A DNA stretch of 62,823 nt, counting the filler, from Dugesia japonica (Eukaryota): the NCBI GenBank assembly GCA_001938525.1. It is 5 parts of 5 records of this genome, joined end to end, with 100 filler letters (N's around TTAATTAATTAA, not from the genome) between each part and the next. Parts side by side here need not be neighbours in the genome. Positions count along the whole stretch, not along the records: positions 1 to 10,318 come from MQRL01615544.1; positions 10,419 to 22,884 come from MQRL01308005.1; 3 more parts are not named here. The stretch is one strand, 5' to 3'. This document shows positions 1 to 10,692 of the stretch, in pieces. A program made the position numbers and the translations under genes. Below the pieces are notes generated by a model, which saw only the letters and a list, made by a program, of their open reading frames with translations, was not told where the DNA came from and did no database searches. Each line of letters opens with the position of its first letter. The stretch's first letter is position 1.

Positions 1-1431
1 TATTTAATAAATATTTCATAATTATTTTTATATTGAATTTAAGGTTGAAACATTTTTCAATGAATGGATAAAATTTGGGTTTAACTTTATGATTTTTATA
101 TCTAATTATTTTTTATATTTGTATTAGTGAATCTTTGGGAAATTTTAAATTATCTCTTTTGAAAATGTGCAACTAATTATCAATATTTACTTGTGATGAA
201 TTTACATTCAGTGATTCAAATATATTTTTGTATTCAACTATTTTACAATACACCAGATTTTCTTTTTACATTAACGTTTTTTCACGATTTAGAATTCTTC
301 TTAGACAGAGAAAATGAAGTCTTCAAACACTTTCAAAACAAACATAATGTTTAACCAGAAAATCATCACATTACATGGTAAAGATTAGTAACAGGCTACA
401 TTTCTACACTTCACTGAAAGAAACATGAACAAATATTAATTATAGATGATAAACCTCAGAACAAAGTGGTGTTCAGCAATTACAATAATTAAAAAAATTT
501 TAAATAAAAAAAGTTTATATCAATATCAATAAATAATATTTTTAAAATAAATATATTTATATAAAAAACGAAATAATATTAATTAAATAAAAAAATTTTT
601 TTAGTACGAAGTTCAAAGAAACTTTTAAATTTTTTTATTTTAAAATTAATTTTATATGAGAATAATTTTTTTAAATGAATTTTAAAATTTTTTTTATGAA
701 AATCCATTTTTAAAATAACATAAATTGTATATAACATAAATAAAAACACTAATTATATATAAATAGTAAGTAATTAAATTAAAACCAGAAAATAAATTTT
801 AAAAATCACTAATATATTAAAACTATATAAAAACACAACTAAAAAAATTAAATATCTGACAAACTTTTCAATTTAATTAATAAAAAAATATTTTTTTAAA
901 AATTTTTAAGAGTTAATTTAATTTAAAAATAAGATTAAAATTCATAATTAAAATGAACCAATAAATATCTGATAAAATCTAGAGAATTGAGTAACAAAGA
1001 TCTATTGCGTTGAATCAATCGAGAAGACTATTGTCGAAAATTTGAACTTTTTTACAAATACATTTTATTTTGACCGAAGCTTTTTTATTTTAATGAAATC
1101 TTAGACAATTCGATAAAATATTTCATAAAATGTGAAATAATTATTTTATATTTCCTCCATCGAATAATGTATTCAGTGATTTATTCATTTTCAAATGATA
1201 AACATTTTCAATGGCCTATTCAAATGTTACGTTGATAAATTTTTATATGCATCATTTTTTCAACTTCTTTCAAATGACTAAATTGTTTAGATTAAACAGC
1301 ACCTTGAATTTTATCTTAAAAATTTTTATGCCAAAAAAATTTTGTCAAACAAATTTATGCCAAAAATATTTTATGCCAGAAAAATATGAAAAAATAAATT
1401 TTTGTGCAAATTTTGTGATTGTGCACATTCA

Positions 1432-1884
1432 AAGACGTTGGATTGGAATAAATGTACCTGTGGGGTGGGCGCCAAGATCACCAGATTCTTATCCATGGGA
1501 CTTCTTCATATGTGGCCACAAAATCCAAAGCTTATGAAATTGGAAAACCAGCAAATGAAGGAAAATTGATCCAGAGGATTTTTTGCAGCGTTTGAAACGT
1601 TGAAATCAAACATTGAAAACAACAATTGGCAGAAGAAGCTGTTGAATGGTGTGGCTCTTTGTGGGAAAGTTGAAGGAGGTCACATTGAACAGTTGTAAAT
1701 TCTTTTATGTTTTAAATACAATGTTTATACTTATAAGTACAATTTTTATCTTCGTCTTTCTTTGATTCTCAACATTTTGTAAATGGTTGATAATCGGACT
1801 CATGTTTATAAAACATTTTTCCTTTATAATGGCTCAAGGGAGCTTATTACAAAGTCCTGTGCATTTCTCCCCAAACACCCTGTA
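1432..1884 (+). mobile_element. Tc1/mariner transposase C-terminal remnant with right end (CACCCTG followed by TA)
   Basis: Translation RRWIG..GWAPRSPDSYPWDFFICG matches the Tc1/mariner WPPRSPDL.P.DF.LWG motif and is frameshifted downstream. The sequence ends AAACACCCTG|TA at 1882-1884, the usual CAGGGTG end plus TA target. Confidence 0.75.
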
Positions 1885-2140
1885 TATATCGATTTTTAGC
1901 TTCTTTCGAATGACGAAATTGCGTGTTTATAACAATAAGTAGATATTGCTAAAAATATCAAATTGTAGACACTAATTTTTAGCATGTGATTATATTACGT
2001 AACCATTCAATAATTGCTACTCGCTATTATACATAAGTAATTATAAATATGTCAATCAATAAATAGACCCGTTACTCATATTTATGCTAGTTTTATTTTT
2101 TTCATATTTTCTTTTTCATTATTTATTGTATTTATTAGGT

Positions 2141-2565
2141 CAGGGTGGACAATTGTTTTGACTAGCAGGCTGCAATGTGATTTCAGAAACAAGCCGCAGG
2201 CCGCACATAATTTTTTTATATTTTATTGAGATAAAAACCATAAACAATGATTGTAATTGTGTACACGAAGCACTATTACTCTTTTTTCTAAATGGTGGAG
2301 ACGTAATTTATTACATTTTTAAAATCTAGTTCCATACATGCTAAATTTAAAATTCATCAAAAATAAAATAAATTCAACAACAATTTGTATTCATATGTTC
2401 AAAGTATGTTTAAAAAGTTAGATTAATGCAGGATAGGGTTTTTTTAAAAAATTTTACAAATATGAATGGATTTTGGATAAATCAACTTTTGTCCCTTAAA
2501 AATTTTTAAAATGTTCTGTAGGGATGCACTAAACCTCTTGGCAGACCACCATCTGACCACCCCTG
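2141..2565. mobile_element. Non-autonomous hAT (Charlie/Buster-like) MITE
   Basis: Ends are CAGGGTGG.. and ..CCACCCCTG. Flanking 8-mers TATTAGGT and CATTAGAC match at 5/8 positions with a central TA, as in Charlie targets. A GCAGGCCGC subterminal motif is present. Confidence 0.6.
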
Positions 2566-5500
2566 CATTAGACGTTTATAAATTTTATGTTTTCCGTTTT
2601 TATACTTTGTAATTTACATATTTTGTTTATTTTATATTTATAAATATACTTTGCGAAATGTGGGCAATCAGTTCCGCCAAGATTTTGAAATTGAATTATT
2701 TGAGAATGAAAATTTTGTTCCGAAAAAACTCCTCATTTCAATAAATAAATGCGATTAATAAATTAAAAGTTGTGGGTTAGAAATATTTTTTAAAAAAGCT
2801 TTTCGTAATTAATTTTCTCCGCAATATTGATATCTACATGATTATTTTATTTGAATTTAATTTTCATAATTTTCTTATTATAAAATAATTTTCTTGTTAC
2901 AAGCAAAGTATACGGCTATATTCAATATTGGAATAAACTTCCATAAAATAATCTGATGTTTCAACTATTCTAATAATTTTTTTTAATTTTTTAAGTTATT
3001 AATTCTCGTGTCCTTATTCTCCTTCACACTATTATAATGCTGATCTTCTATTTTGAATTAATTTTATCGTATTTTCCCATTGATTATGTGAATCTAATGT
3101 TTTATACTGAAAACGTTTAGATAACTTGCATCTAGTAGATTTTCACACTCTTTAAATATTGGATAAATATTTTGTATAGATAACCCGCGAGTTAATTATA
3201 AAGAAAACCTTTTAGATTTACGGAATTTTATTCTTATTCTTAAGTTTCCATCGAAATCCAGATAATTGTCATACTGGTACTGAAAATATGTTATCAGGAT
3301 TGTTGAGTTCAATCGAAGTGAGTTGTTCATTTATGTGGACATCTATTTGAGACTTCCATAAACGCTTGACTTCGTGAAAATGATGCTTCTTGATTTGTAC
3401 GCCTTTTTGTAGCCGAATATATGGAAAGGGTCTTGACTACGTAGCTTCATTTTCAAGCGTTGTATCATGTATAATACAACTCGTAAATTTGATGGCATGA
3501 AATAATGTATAGTAATAATAATAATTTAATGTCCACTTATGACATTGGTCTATATTTATATAATGGGTACATATTCTTTAGTCTATACCTATTGAAATTT
3601 GTATGAATTTAAGGGGATTGATAAAGTATTTGATAGTGTATTTTTTGTAAATTAATAAGAGATAGTATGTGTTAATGAAAAGCAGTCTATGTTTATATAA
3701 AATTTGATTATACTATGAATAAATTAATGCATATTTATGAGAATTTGCTGTATGAAGAACATGTATATACCGATGATGTTAGGTCAATAAGTATTAAAAT
3801 GGCTGTATAATTTAAAGAGGTTTGTATATCATAGCTATCATTTTTTTGATACTGGTGTAAATCAATTAACTTAATGTATTATCTTTATGAAACTCTTCAC
3901 AAATTAATTAAGTCTATCATATCCAGAAGAAAGAAGAAACAGAAAAAGTAGAGGTGCAAGCAGAAATACAGGTAGGTGATGAACTATATAAATTTTGAAA
4001 AGAATACATAGTAACAATTAATGTGGTATTATGTAGCATATTAGTGAAATAAGCCTATTAAATAAGTGCTTGTCTTGACATTTGAGTAATCAGTTGCTAC
4101 TAGTTACTATGTTAAAAAAAATACTCATACATAACAAATTCATACGATCACTATAAGCTGAAAAATTTATAACACAATGTTTGACTATAATAAAATGCTG
4201 ATGTCTTTTCAGAGATAACAAAGCATTTTTAGCTATAATTCCTTTAAACAATGTATTGACGAGTTTAATTTCAAGCTCGAGCATACCAAGTTCAGTACTA
4301 TATAATTAGGTTTGGTGAAGAAAATTGAAAATCAAATTAATTGGGCAAAACTTTGAACGTGATTTTCATAAAGAATAAAGTATTTCTAGAAGTTTTGCAT
4401 GAATATGAGCCTGATCTAATTTATAATTCTTTATCAAATGATATCGATTTTGATAAAAAATAATTAAATCAAAGAGCTGTAAATTCGCTATTATTTTTTT
4501 CGGAGAGAACCAAGCATTTTCGATAAGGGTAAAATTATATTTCTATATAGCTTTTAATTCAGAGTTGAATAGTATAAAACTATTTTGAAAATATTATTAT
4601 TAATTAAACATTTTTCACTAGAAGTCCTTTAAAAATGTATAGATAACTTTTTCTTGTGAGTCTAACTGTACCAAAATTGTCACGATATAAACACTTAAGG
4701 CTGAGAAATTTATAACGCAGTGTTTGACTGTGCCAGTGCGCTAGTACGATTTTTGAAAAATCCAAATATATTTACACAGCAAAACCTAAACACAAAATGT
4801 TTAGTGTTTAATTCTAAGACGATTGGTACCAAATTCTAAACCATACGACTATTTTTGACCACAAAATCTAACATAAAAGATTTGAAATCCGATCTTCCTG
4901 AGCAATTTTCGACCATTTTGACACAAAATCGAAATACTTTTCTTACCAAAATGTGGACCAATTAAAATGCTTGGATACTAACACAGTGAAATCGCCAAAT
5001 TTTTATCACAGTCAGTAGGGTAGAGGTACTGTACCAGTGTGCTGGTATCTACTTGGTATAACATGTATAAAATAAAATAAGAAAACAAAGGGCTTAGTCT
5101 CTTAATATTAATCTCTATTAACTAAGTATATAGAGTTATCACTAATAAGTAAGGAACTTCATTCACTACGTCACGCATATTACTCCAAAAGTAGGTTGTA
5201 AAGCAGTCTAGTGTATCAAAACAGATCCTGTATAATTCAAATTCGGGTTGTCAGCAATAGTAGTCTTTGGGTTTGTACTGCACCTCTGTTTTTGGTAAAA
5301 TTATTCCTAGATAAACAGTTGAAATTGTTCATTATTACTTTAGCATTCCGGTTATGTGGATTACGGGCTAAACTTATCAGGATAAGATTGTCGAACAGAT
5401 TCATTTATTTTCCAAAAAAGATCATTATTCCACCCCCACCTTACAGAAAAAATTCATTTAAATTTTATAATGTCAACTAATTAATTTTGTTTCCAACAAA

Positions 5501-7066
5501 ATATATTTTCCCCGAAGTAAAAATTTGTTTAACACAATTATCTTACTTGCAAAACTCAACCAATAAAATTATCGGTTATAAAATCTTTAAATTAACTCTG
5601 CTATACCATCAACATATTTCCTGTCACATTATCTCTTCAACAAGCCCTCAACTCTACTAACATTCCTAAAAATAGCGCGCGATAACTCATCAGCTGTTCC
5701 AGTGCGCTACCACTCCTTGTAGAAAGAACGGTGCATCCTACTCCATACATCCTTTAGACAATGTATATACAGTATTTTGGTCCCTAAACGCCATAGACCA
5801 CCATTTCCACACTTACACACACAAAAATATCTTCATTACACATCCCCGTTCCCCCTGGATCAAAGATCTAAGATCCAGATCCAAAAACCTTGATCCGATG
5901 AAAAATCTGATCATCCCAAAAATCTTTTAACAAATCCACGATAACCAATACCTAATTTCAAGCACAGTGTTAAGATTTTTTGCTAGGGGGGTGTTCCAGT
6001 GCGATATTGCCTACCTATTACCTTATCAAAATATACATGTATAAAATATAAATAGAAAACAAAGGGCTTAGATAAAAATTGAAGTGATTAACAACGAATA
6101 AATAAAACCAAAATAAATTACAATAAATTACCATTGATTTATTAGTAAAACTTATCAAAATTGTGAATCAGATGAATTGGAGTCTTCGGACTTGAGAGAT
6201 CTCTCTTTTTCAGCAAATTTTTCTTCTTAGGGAAATGTTTTTTTAGGATATACACAGTTGAATACTATGCTGCCATAAATAGTGCTTTTATAAAGAATAT
6301 TATATACGATTTTATTTAAAGTTTAAGATGAATTTTTGTGTAGGTCATAATGAATTTTTAGTGCATTAAATATGGGTTAGCTAAGTATTGACTAGCTATT
6401 TTATCTTGGAAAGGTTGGACAGTCGTGGTAGTGTAAATTTAGGACCAAATGTGAACAGTCAGAAGCGCTTCCTATAATGATTTACATATTGTAATCGATC
6501 TTAGCCTTATTAAAACCACACAAGCCAATTGATAAGCTTAATTGTGAAAGGAATCGGTTGTATACTAACATGGGCTACGATTTGAGACCCCATGTGAACA
6601 GTCAGAATAACTGCTTGATTGTACATGTCAAAGGAGATAATGTAATGGTATGTAATGAAAACAAAATTTTTATTGTAGGAGTTTATAAAAATAATTTTTA
6701 ATAATATTAATTATTATTTTACTTAAACATAAAAATCAACAATTGTATTTCTCGGGGGAACATTTAATTAAAAAAAAGTTATCGACACACAAACAAATTA
6801 CATCATTTTAGTAAAAATGTTAACTTTGCTCGGAAGAGAACTAAGGTTAAAATTAATATTGCCTGGTGCGTCTAATGTTGATATAGCTCACGGGAACATA
6901 ACTCTACTTTATAGAAATTCGGATAATTTAAATAAAAATAGTATTTTTCACTGATTTCTTATGAAAAATCAATAAAGTCATTAATTTCAATTAATTTAAA
7001 CAAAAATTAATATAGCTCACAAGTATAGGTATAAGTACGGTTTAAAGCCAGGGGGGTACCCCTCAC

Positions 7067-7186
7067 TATCTCAAGTGTAAAATATTTTATGATAAATGCT
7101 GGATGTAAAATATCTCAAGTGAAAAATATTTTATGATAAATGCTGGATGTAAAATATCTCAAGTGAAAAATATTTTATGAAAAATG
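7067..7186. repeat. 44-bp tandem repeat, about 2.7 copies
   Basis: The unit TATCTCAAGTGAAAAATATTTTATGATAAATGCTGGATGTAAAA starts at 7067, 7111 and 7155. Confidence 0.95.
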
Positions 7187-7392
7187 ACAAACTAAAATGG
7201 TTGATGAAAAATATTCCTAATATAAAATGCCGGATGTAAAATATATGAAGTAACCTATTGAGTTAAACTCAGGGNNNNNNNNNNNNNNNNNNNNNNNNNN
7301 NNNNNNNNNNNNNNNNNNNNNNNNGTAAAATATATGAAGTAACCTATTGAGTTAAACTCAGGGTACATGCCGCATGAAATATTTAAGAGGAA

Positions 7393-7698
7393 TTATTTTT
7401 CTATAGTAAATTTAATGTGGTTTTTAAATTCATCATTTGACATATTTGAATAATTTTTTATTGGTTTGTTTTCTTTATTTTGTGAAATGTGAAATCGTTT
7501 CTCTAAAGATTCATAATTTCCACTAACATCTCTTTTTGGTAATTTTATAAAAATTTTTCTATTATAGGGGATATTATATTTTCTTAAATAATTTNTTATT
7601 GTTTTTTCATTTACATTATTTTCTCTACAAAAACTCAAAACAGAATTTTTAATAAAATCATAATCTTTTAGCACATTATAAAAAGTACTATTATTCAT
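7393..7698 (-). CDS. Small helix-turn-helix-like DNA-binding protein (paralogue of 42096-42506 and 42672-42971)
   Basis: SVLSFCRENNVNEKTI.NYLRKYNIPYN has HTH spacing. The same block and a downstream RD..G.Y.SL motif recur in both locus 2 paralogues. Confidence 0.7.
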   Translation of the reverse strand: MNNSTFYNVLKDYDFIKNSVLSFCRENNVNEKTIXNYLRKYNIPYNRKIFIKLPKRDVSGNYESLEKRFHISQNKENKPIKNYSNMSNDEFKNHIKFTIEK

Positions 7699-7721
7699 TT
7701 TTATAAGATAAATTTTTTAAA

Positions 7722-7798
7722 ATTGTATTGTATTGTACTGAACTGAATTGTATGATTGTACTGAACTGAATTGTATTGTAATGAATTGTATTGAACTA
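7722..7798. repeat. Pentamer tract (ATTGT/ACTGA) between divergent start codons
   Basis: Seen directly between ATG 7698 (-) and ATG 7816 (+). Confidence 0.9.
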
Positions 7799-7815
7799 AA
7801 TTTTTTATATATAAA

Positions 7816-8451
7816 ATGGGGGATAAAAAAATAACACATGTTATGAATTTAAATACTTTATACACCACTATTGGTAATATTAAAAATTTAAAAGAATTAA
7901 ATGTTGATGAAATTGAATATTTTAGAAATTTTGAAATTACAAGTAAAACTGCAACAGAATATTTTAATCTTTTAAAACAAATGTATGATCAGATTGGTGA
8001 TAATAAAGAAAATGAAAAATTTAAAATTTTATTAAATATTATGGTAACTAAATTTTGTGAATCAGATTGTAAAAGTCTAATGATAAATCAACTAAATCAT
8101 CAAGATTTAATAAATATAGAAACAATTAAACAATTAGAAATTGATTATCAGAAAGAAAGAGATGAAGTTAATAATTTAAGGTTAAAATTAAATATGGAAC
8201 AAAAACCAAAAGAAAAAGAACATCCTGGATTAAAATGTTCAATAATAAAAAATGAAAATAAAATTTTATCAAATGCCGAATGTATAGAAGCCACCAAAAG
8301 AATAATAGAAAGTGGAAAAGAATTAAATGAAAGAATGACTCGCGTTAAAGTTCCAGAAGAATTGGGAAAAAAAGTGAGTCGAATATATNCGGGTAAAAGT
8401 GATACATCTAGTATTATAGTTAAAGATTCAAAATCCGCCTCTAAGAAATAA
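7816..8451 (+). CDS. Polinton hypothetical protein, 211 aa, partly coiled-coil
   Basis: Intact ORF whose TAA abuts the capsid ATG (TAAATG). No recognisable motif. Confidence 0.7.
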   Translation: MGDKKITHVMNLNTLYTTIGNIKNLKELNVDEIEYFRNFEITSKTATEYFNLLKQMYDQIGDNKENEKFKILLNIMVTKFCESDCKSLMINQLNHQDLINIETIKQLEIDYQKERDEVNNLRLKLNMEQKPKEKEHPGLKCSIIKNENKILSNAECIEATKRIIESGKELNERMTRVKVPEELGKKVSRIYXGKSDTSSIIVKDSKSASKK

Positions 8452-9737
8452 ATGGAAGTAAAGTTAGATTTAGATGATAATATTCAATTTTTACATACAT
8501 CAATTAAAAATGATTTACTTATAATTTCTCCATCAGCATCATCATTAAATAAATTAAATTCTTCAGGTGAAATAGTTTTTCAATCTTTACAGTCAACAAA
8601 TCCACTTGATATATGTAATTCAATGTTATACTTTGAAATTGAAATTGGTAAGGATGTAGATGTGACAAAAACAACTTTAGAAAATAATTTCTTTCCAAGT
8701 TTATTTAGTTCAATGAGATTTATAATAAGATCATCTGAAGTAGAAACAATACATGATCCAGGTGTAATAAGTACAATGTTAAATTTTATAACTACAAGTG
8801 AAACATGGAAAAAACAATATGGACAAATGTCAGGTTGGATGCCGGATATTGATGATGGTGATACAAAAAATAAAGGTTATGAAATTAGAAAGAAATTATA
8901 TGTCACTAAAAAATTTGAAGGTTATTTTCAATTGAGAAATTTATTTGGTTTCATGCAAAATTATAATAGACTTTTATATAATACAATGATAGAGTTTAGA
9001 TGTAATAGACAACTTAAAAATAAATTAATATTTTATGGAGAAAAAGATGAAAAAGTGGGATTAACAATATTAACTTTAGAACTTCATATTCCAGAATATA
9101 ATTTATTACCTAGAAAAGAATTATCAATATTAGAAAGAATAGCTACAGAAAAACCTATTAAAGTTTCTTATTTAAATCGTATAACAGGAAAAACTAATAT
9201 TGAAACAGGTGTAAATTATACAATAAAAATTAGTAGTTTAGCATATCAACCTAGATTTGTTTTCATTTGTTTTAAAGATAATAATATTTCAGAGGAAAAG
9301 AATAATAATCTATTTATTCAAAAATCTACAAAAACTAATAAAGATAAAGTTATAACAGATCATTATTTAAAAAGTATACAATTAGTATTAAACAATACTT
9401 ATTATCCAGTAATTAAATGTGAATTTAGCATGAAAAATAATAAAATGATTTATCCTTACATGGCATATGTAAAATGCTGTCATAAATTTTTACAGAACCA
9501 CAAATATCATTAATAGATTTTGGTAATTTATATCCAATGTTTTGTTTGGACACTTCAGCTCATGATGATAAAATGAATATTAATAATGTAGATGTAACAC
9601 TAAAGATTACAAAAGATCCAGATTTTAAAGCTACCATTCATTGGTGTATACTTGAAGAAAAACATATAGAAATGAAATTATCAAATAGTAAAATTGTTAT
9701 GATAGAAAATATTAAAGGTATTGATATATCATCTTAA
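8452..9737 (+). CDS. Double jelly-roll major capsid protein (Polinton MCP/hexon) with one frameshift near 9487-9491
   Basis: Motifs LN..GEI.F, NS.LYFE, ENNFFPSLFSSMRF...E.I..PG..STM, PRFVF and YPMFCLD.S..DV.L fit Polinton MCPs. Adding one base in the T run joins the 353-aa and 66-aa ORFs (via TEPQISLIDFGNLYP) into about 428 aa. Confidence 0.85.
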
Positions 9738-9741
9738 ATAA

Positions 9742-10318
9742 ATGGCATCTAAAAACTTTATATGTGAAGAATGTGGAAAAATAATATTAAAAAAAAATAA
9801 GTCAAGACATTTAGAATTATGCATAAATATTAAAGGTGGTGATCTTCAATCTAGTAAATTAACATCAACATTATTAAAACCAATAACTACAGAAAAATAT
9901 CCTAGTGAAAGACATTTATTTAAACATAATTACACTGGACCTGGAACAAGATTAGATATTAGATTAGATTCTGAAGGCATGCCAAATCCTGGTGAAGAAC
10001 CAACTAATCAAATTGATGCAGCAGCTTTAAAACATGATATTGCTTATAATTCAACTGATATTAGAGATAGACATATTGCAGATGTAAATTTAATACATGA
10101 TCTTAATAATATTGAAAATCCTACATTAACAGAAAAATTTCAAAGAGCTCTTGTAAAATTAGCAATGAAAGGTAAAATAATTATTGGTAGCGGAGGCACA
10201 AAAAACAATCCATTTAAAAAAAGTACAATTATAGATGAAGAATCTGAAAATGAAAGTGATGAAGATAAAGATATTTTATCAAAAGAATTACATAAAGATT
10301 TTAAAAAACCAAAACATT
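9742..10318 (+). CDS. Zinc finger + parvovirus-type phospholipase A2 domain + probable start of Polinton integrase (truncated by contig end)
   Basis: CEECGK..RH finger. NYTGPG is the Ca-binding loop and DAAALKHDIAY contains the catalytic HD of parvoviral VP1u PLA2. The terminal LSKELHKDFKK resembles the L..ELHKP.R start of Polinton integrases. Confidence 0.8.
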
Positions 10319-10418
10319 NNNNNNNNNNNNNNNNNNNNNNNNNNNNNNNNNNNNNNNNNNNNTTAATTAATTAANNNNNNNNNNNNNNNNNNNNNNNNNN
10401 NNNNNNNNNNNNNNNNNN
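10319..10418. other. Artificial contig spacer
   Basis: N44-TTAATTAATTAA-N44, which puts stops in all frames. Confidence 0.97.
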
Positions 10419-10692
10419 CCTCTTCAAAATCATCATCACGTTGGTCACATTATGTTGATTATTATCCTTGGTTATATCTTAAACACAATAATACTGGATG
10501 TAGATATTGTGAAGATGCATTTAAAATATCAACGTAAATGAATGCAACAAAATGGACAGATCCAACACCAACATTTGAACTAAATATTAGTGATCGACCA
10601 AAGCGAGCTTTACGTCAACATCAGTTATCAAAAAATCATCAACGAACAATTGTGATTCTGAATGGAAATTCATTAAATGACGAAACCAATTA
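10419..10692 (+). pseudogene. TTF-type zinc finger fragment (hAT-transposase-derived)
   Basis: YPWLYLKHNNTGCRYC...LRQHQLSKNH with an internal stop. Confidence 0.55.

Larger units (their letters stand above)
4660..10318. mobile_element. Polinton/Maverick (adintovirus-like) locus 1: long non-coding region, HTH-like gene, ORF211, major capsid, ZnF-PLA2-integrase; right side cut by the contig end, left boundary approximate
   Basis: Tightly packed intronless genes carry capsid and PLA2 motifs. Non-coding 5559-5960 aligns by eye with 31932-32450 of locus 2. Confidence 0.85.

Noticed and set aside
4090-4284. AKNALLSLKRH fragment resembling a DNA transposase segment
   Set aside because: It is a single short resemblance without supporting motifs.
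7067-7363. Repeats that might be a CRISPR-like array
   Set aside because: The units are head-to-tail with no unique spacers, the context is eukaryotic, and the copy after the gap is an assembly overlap.
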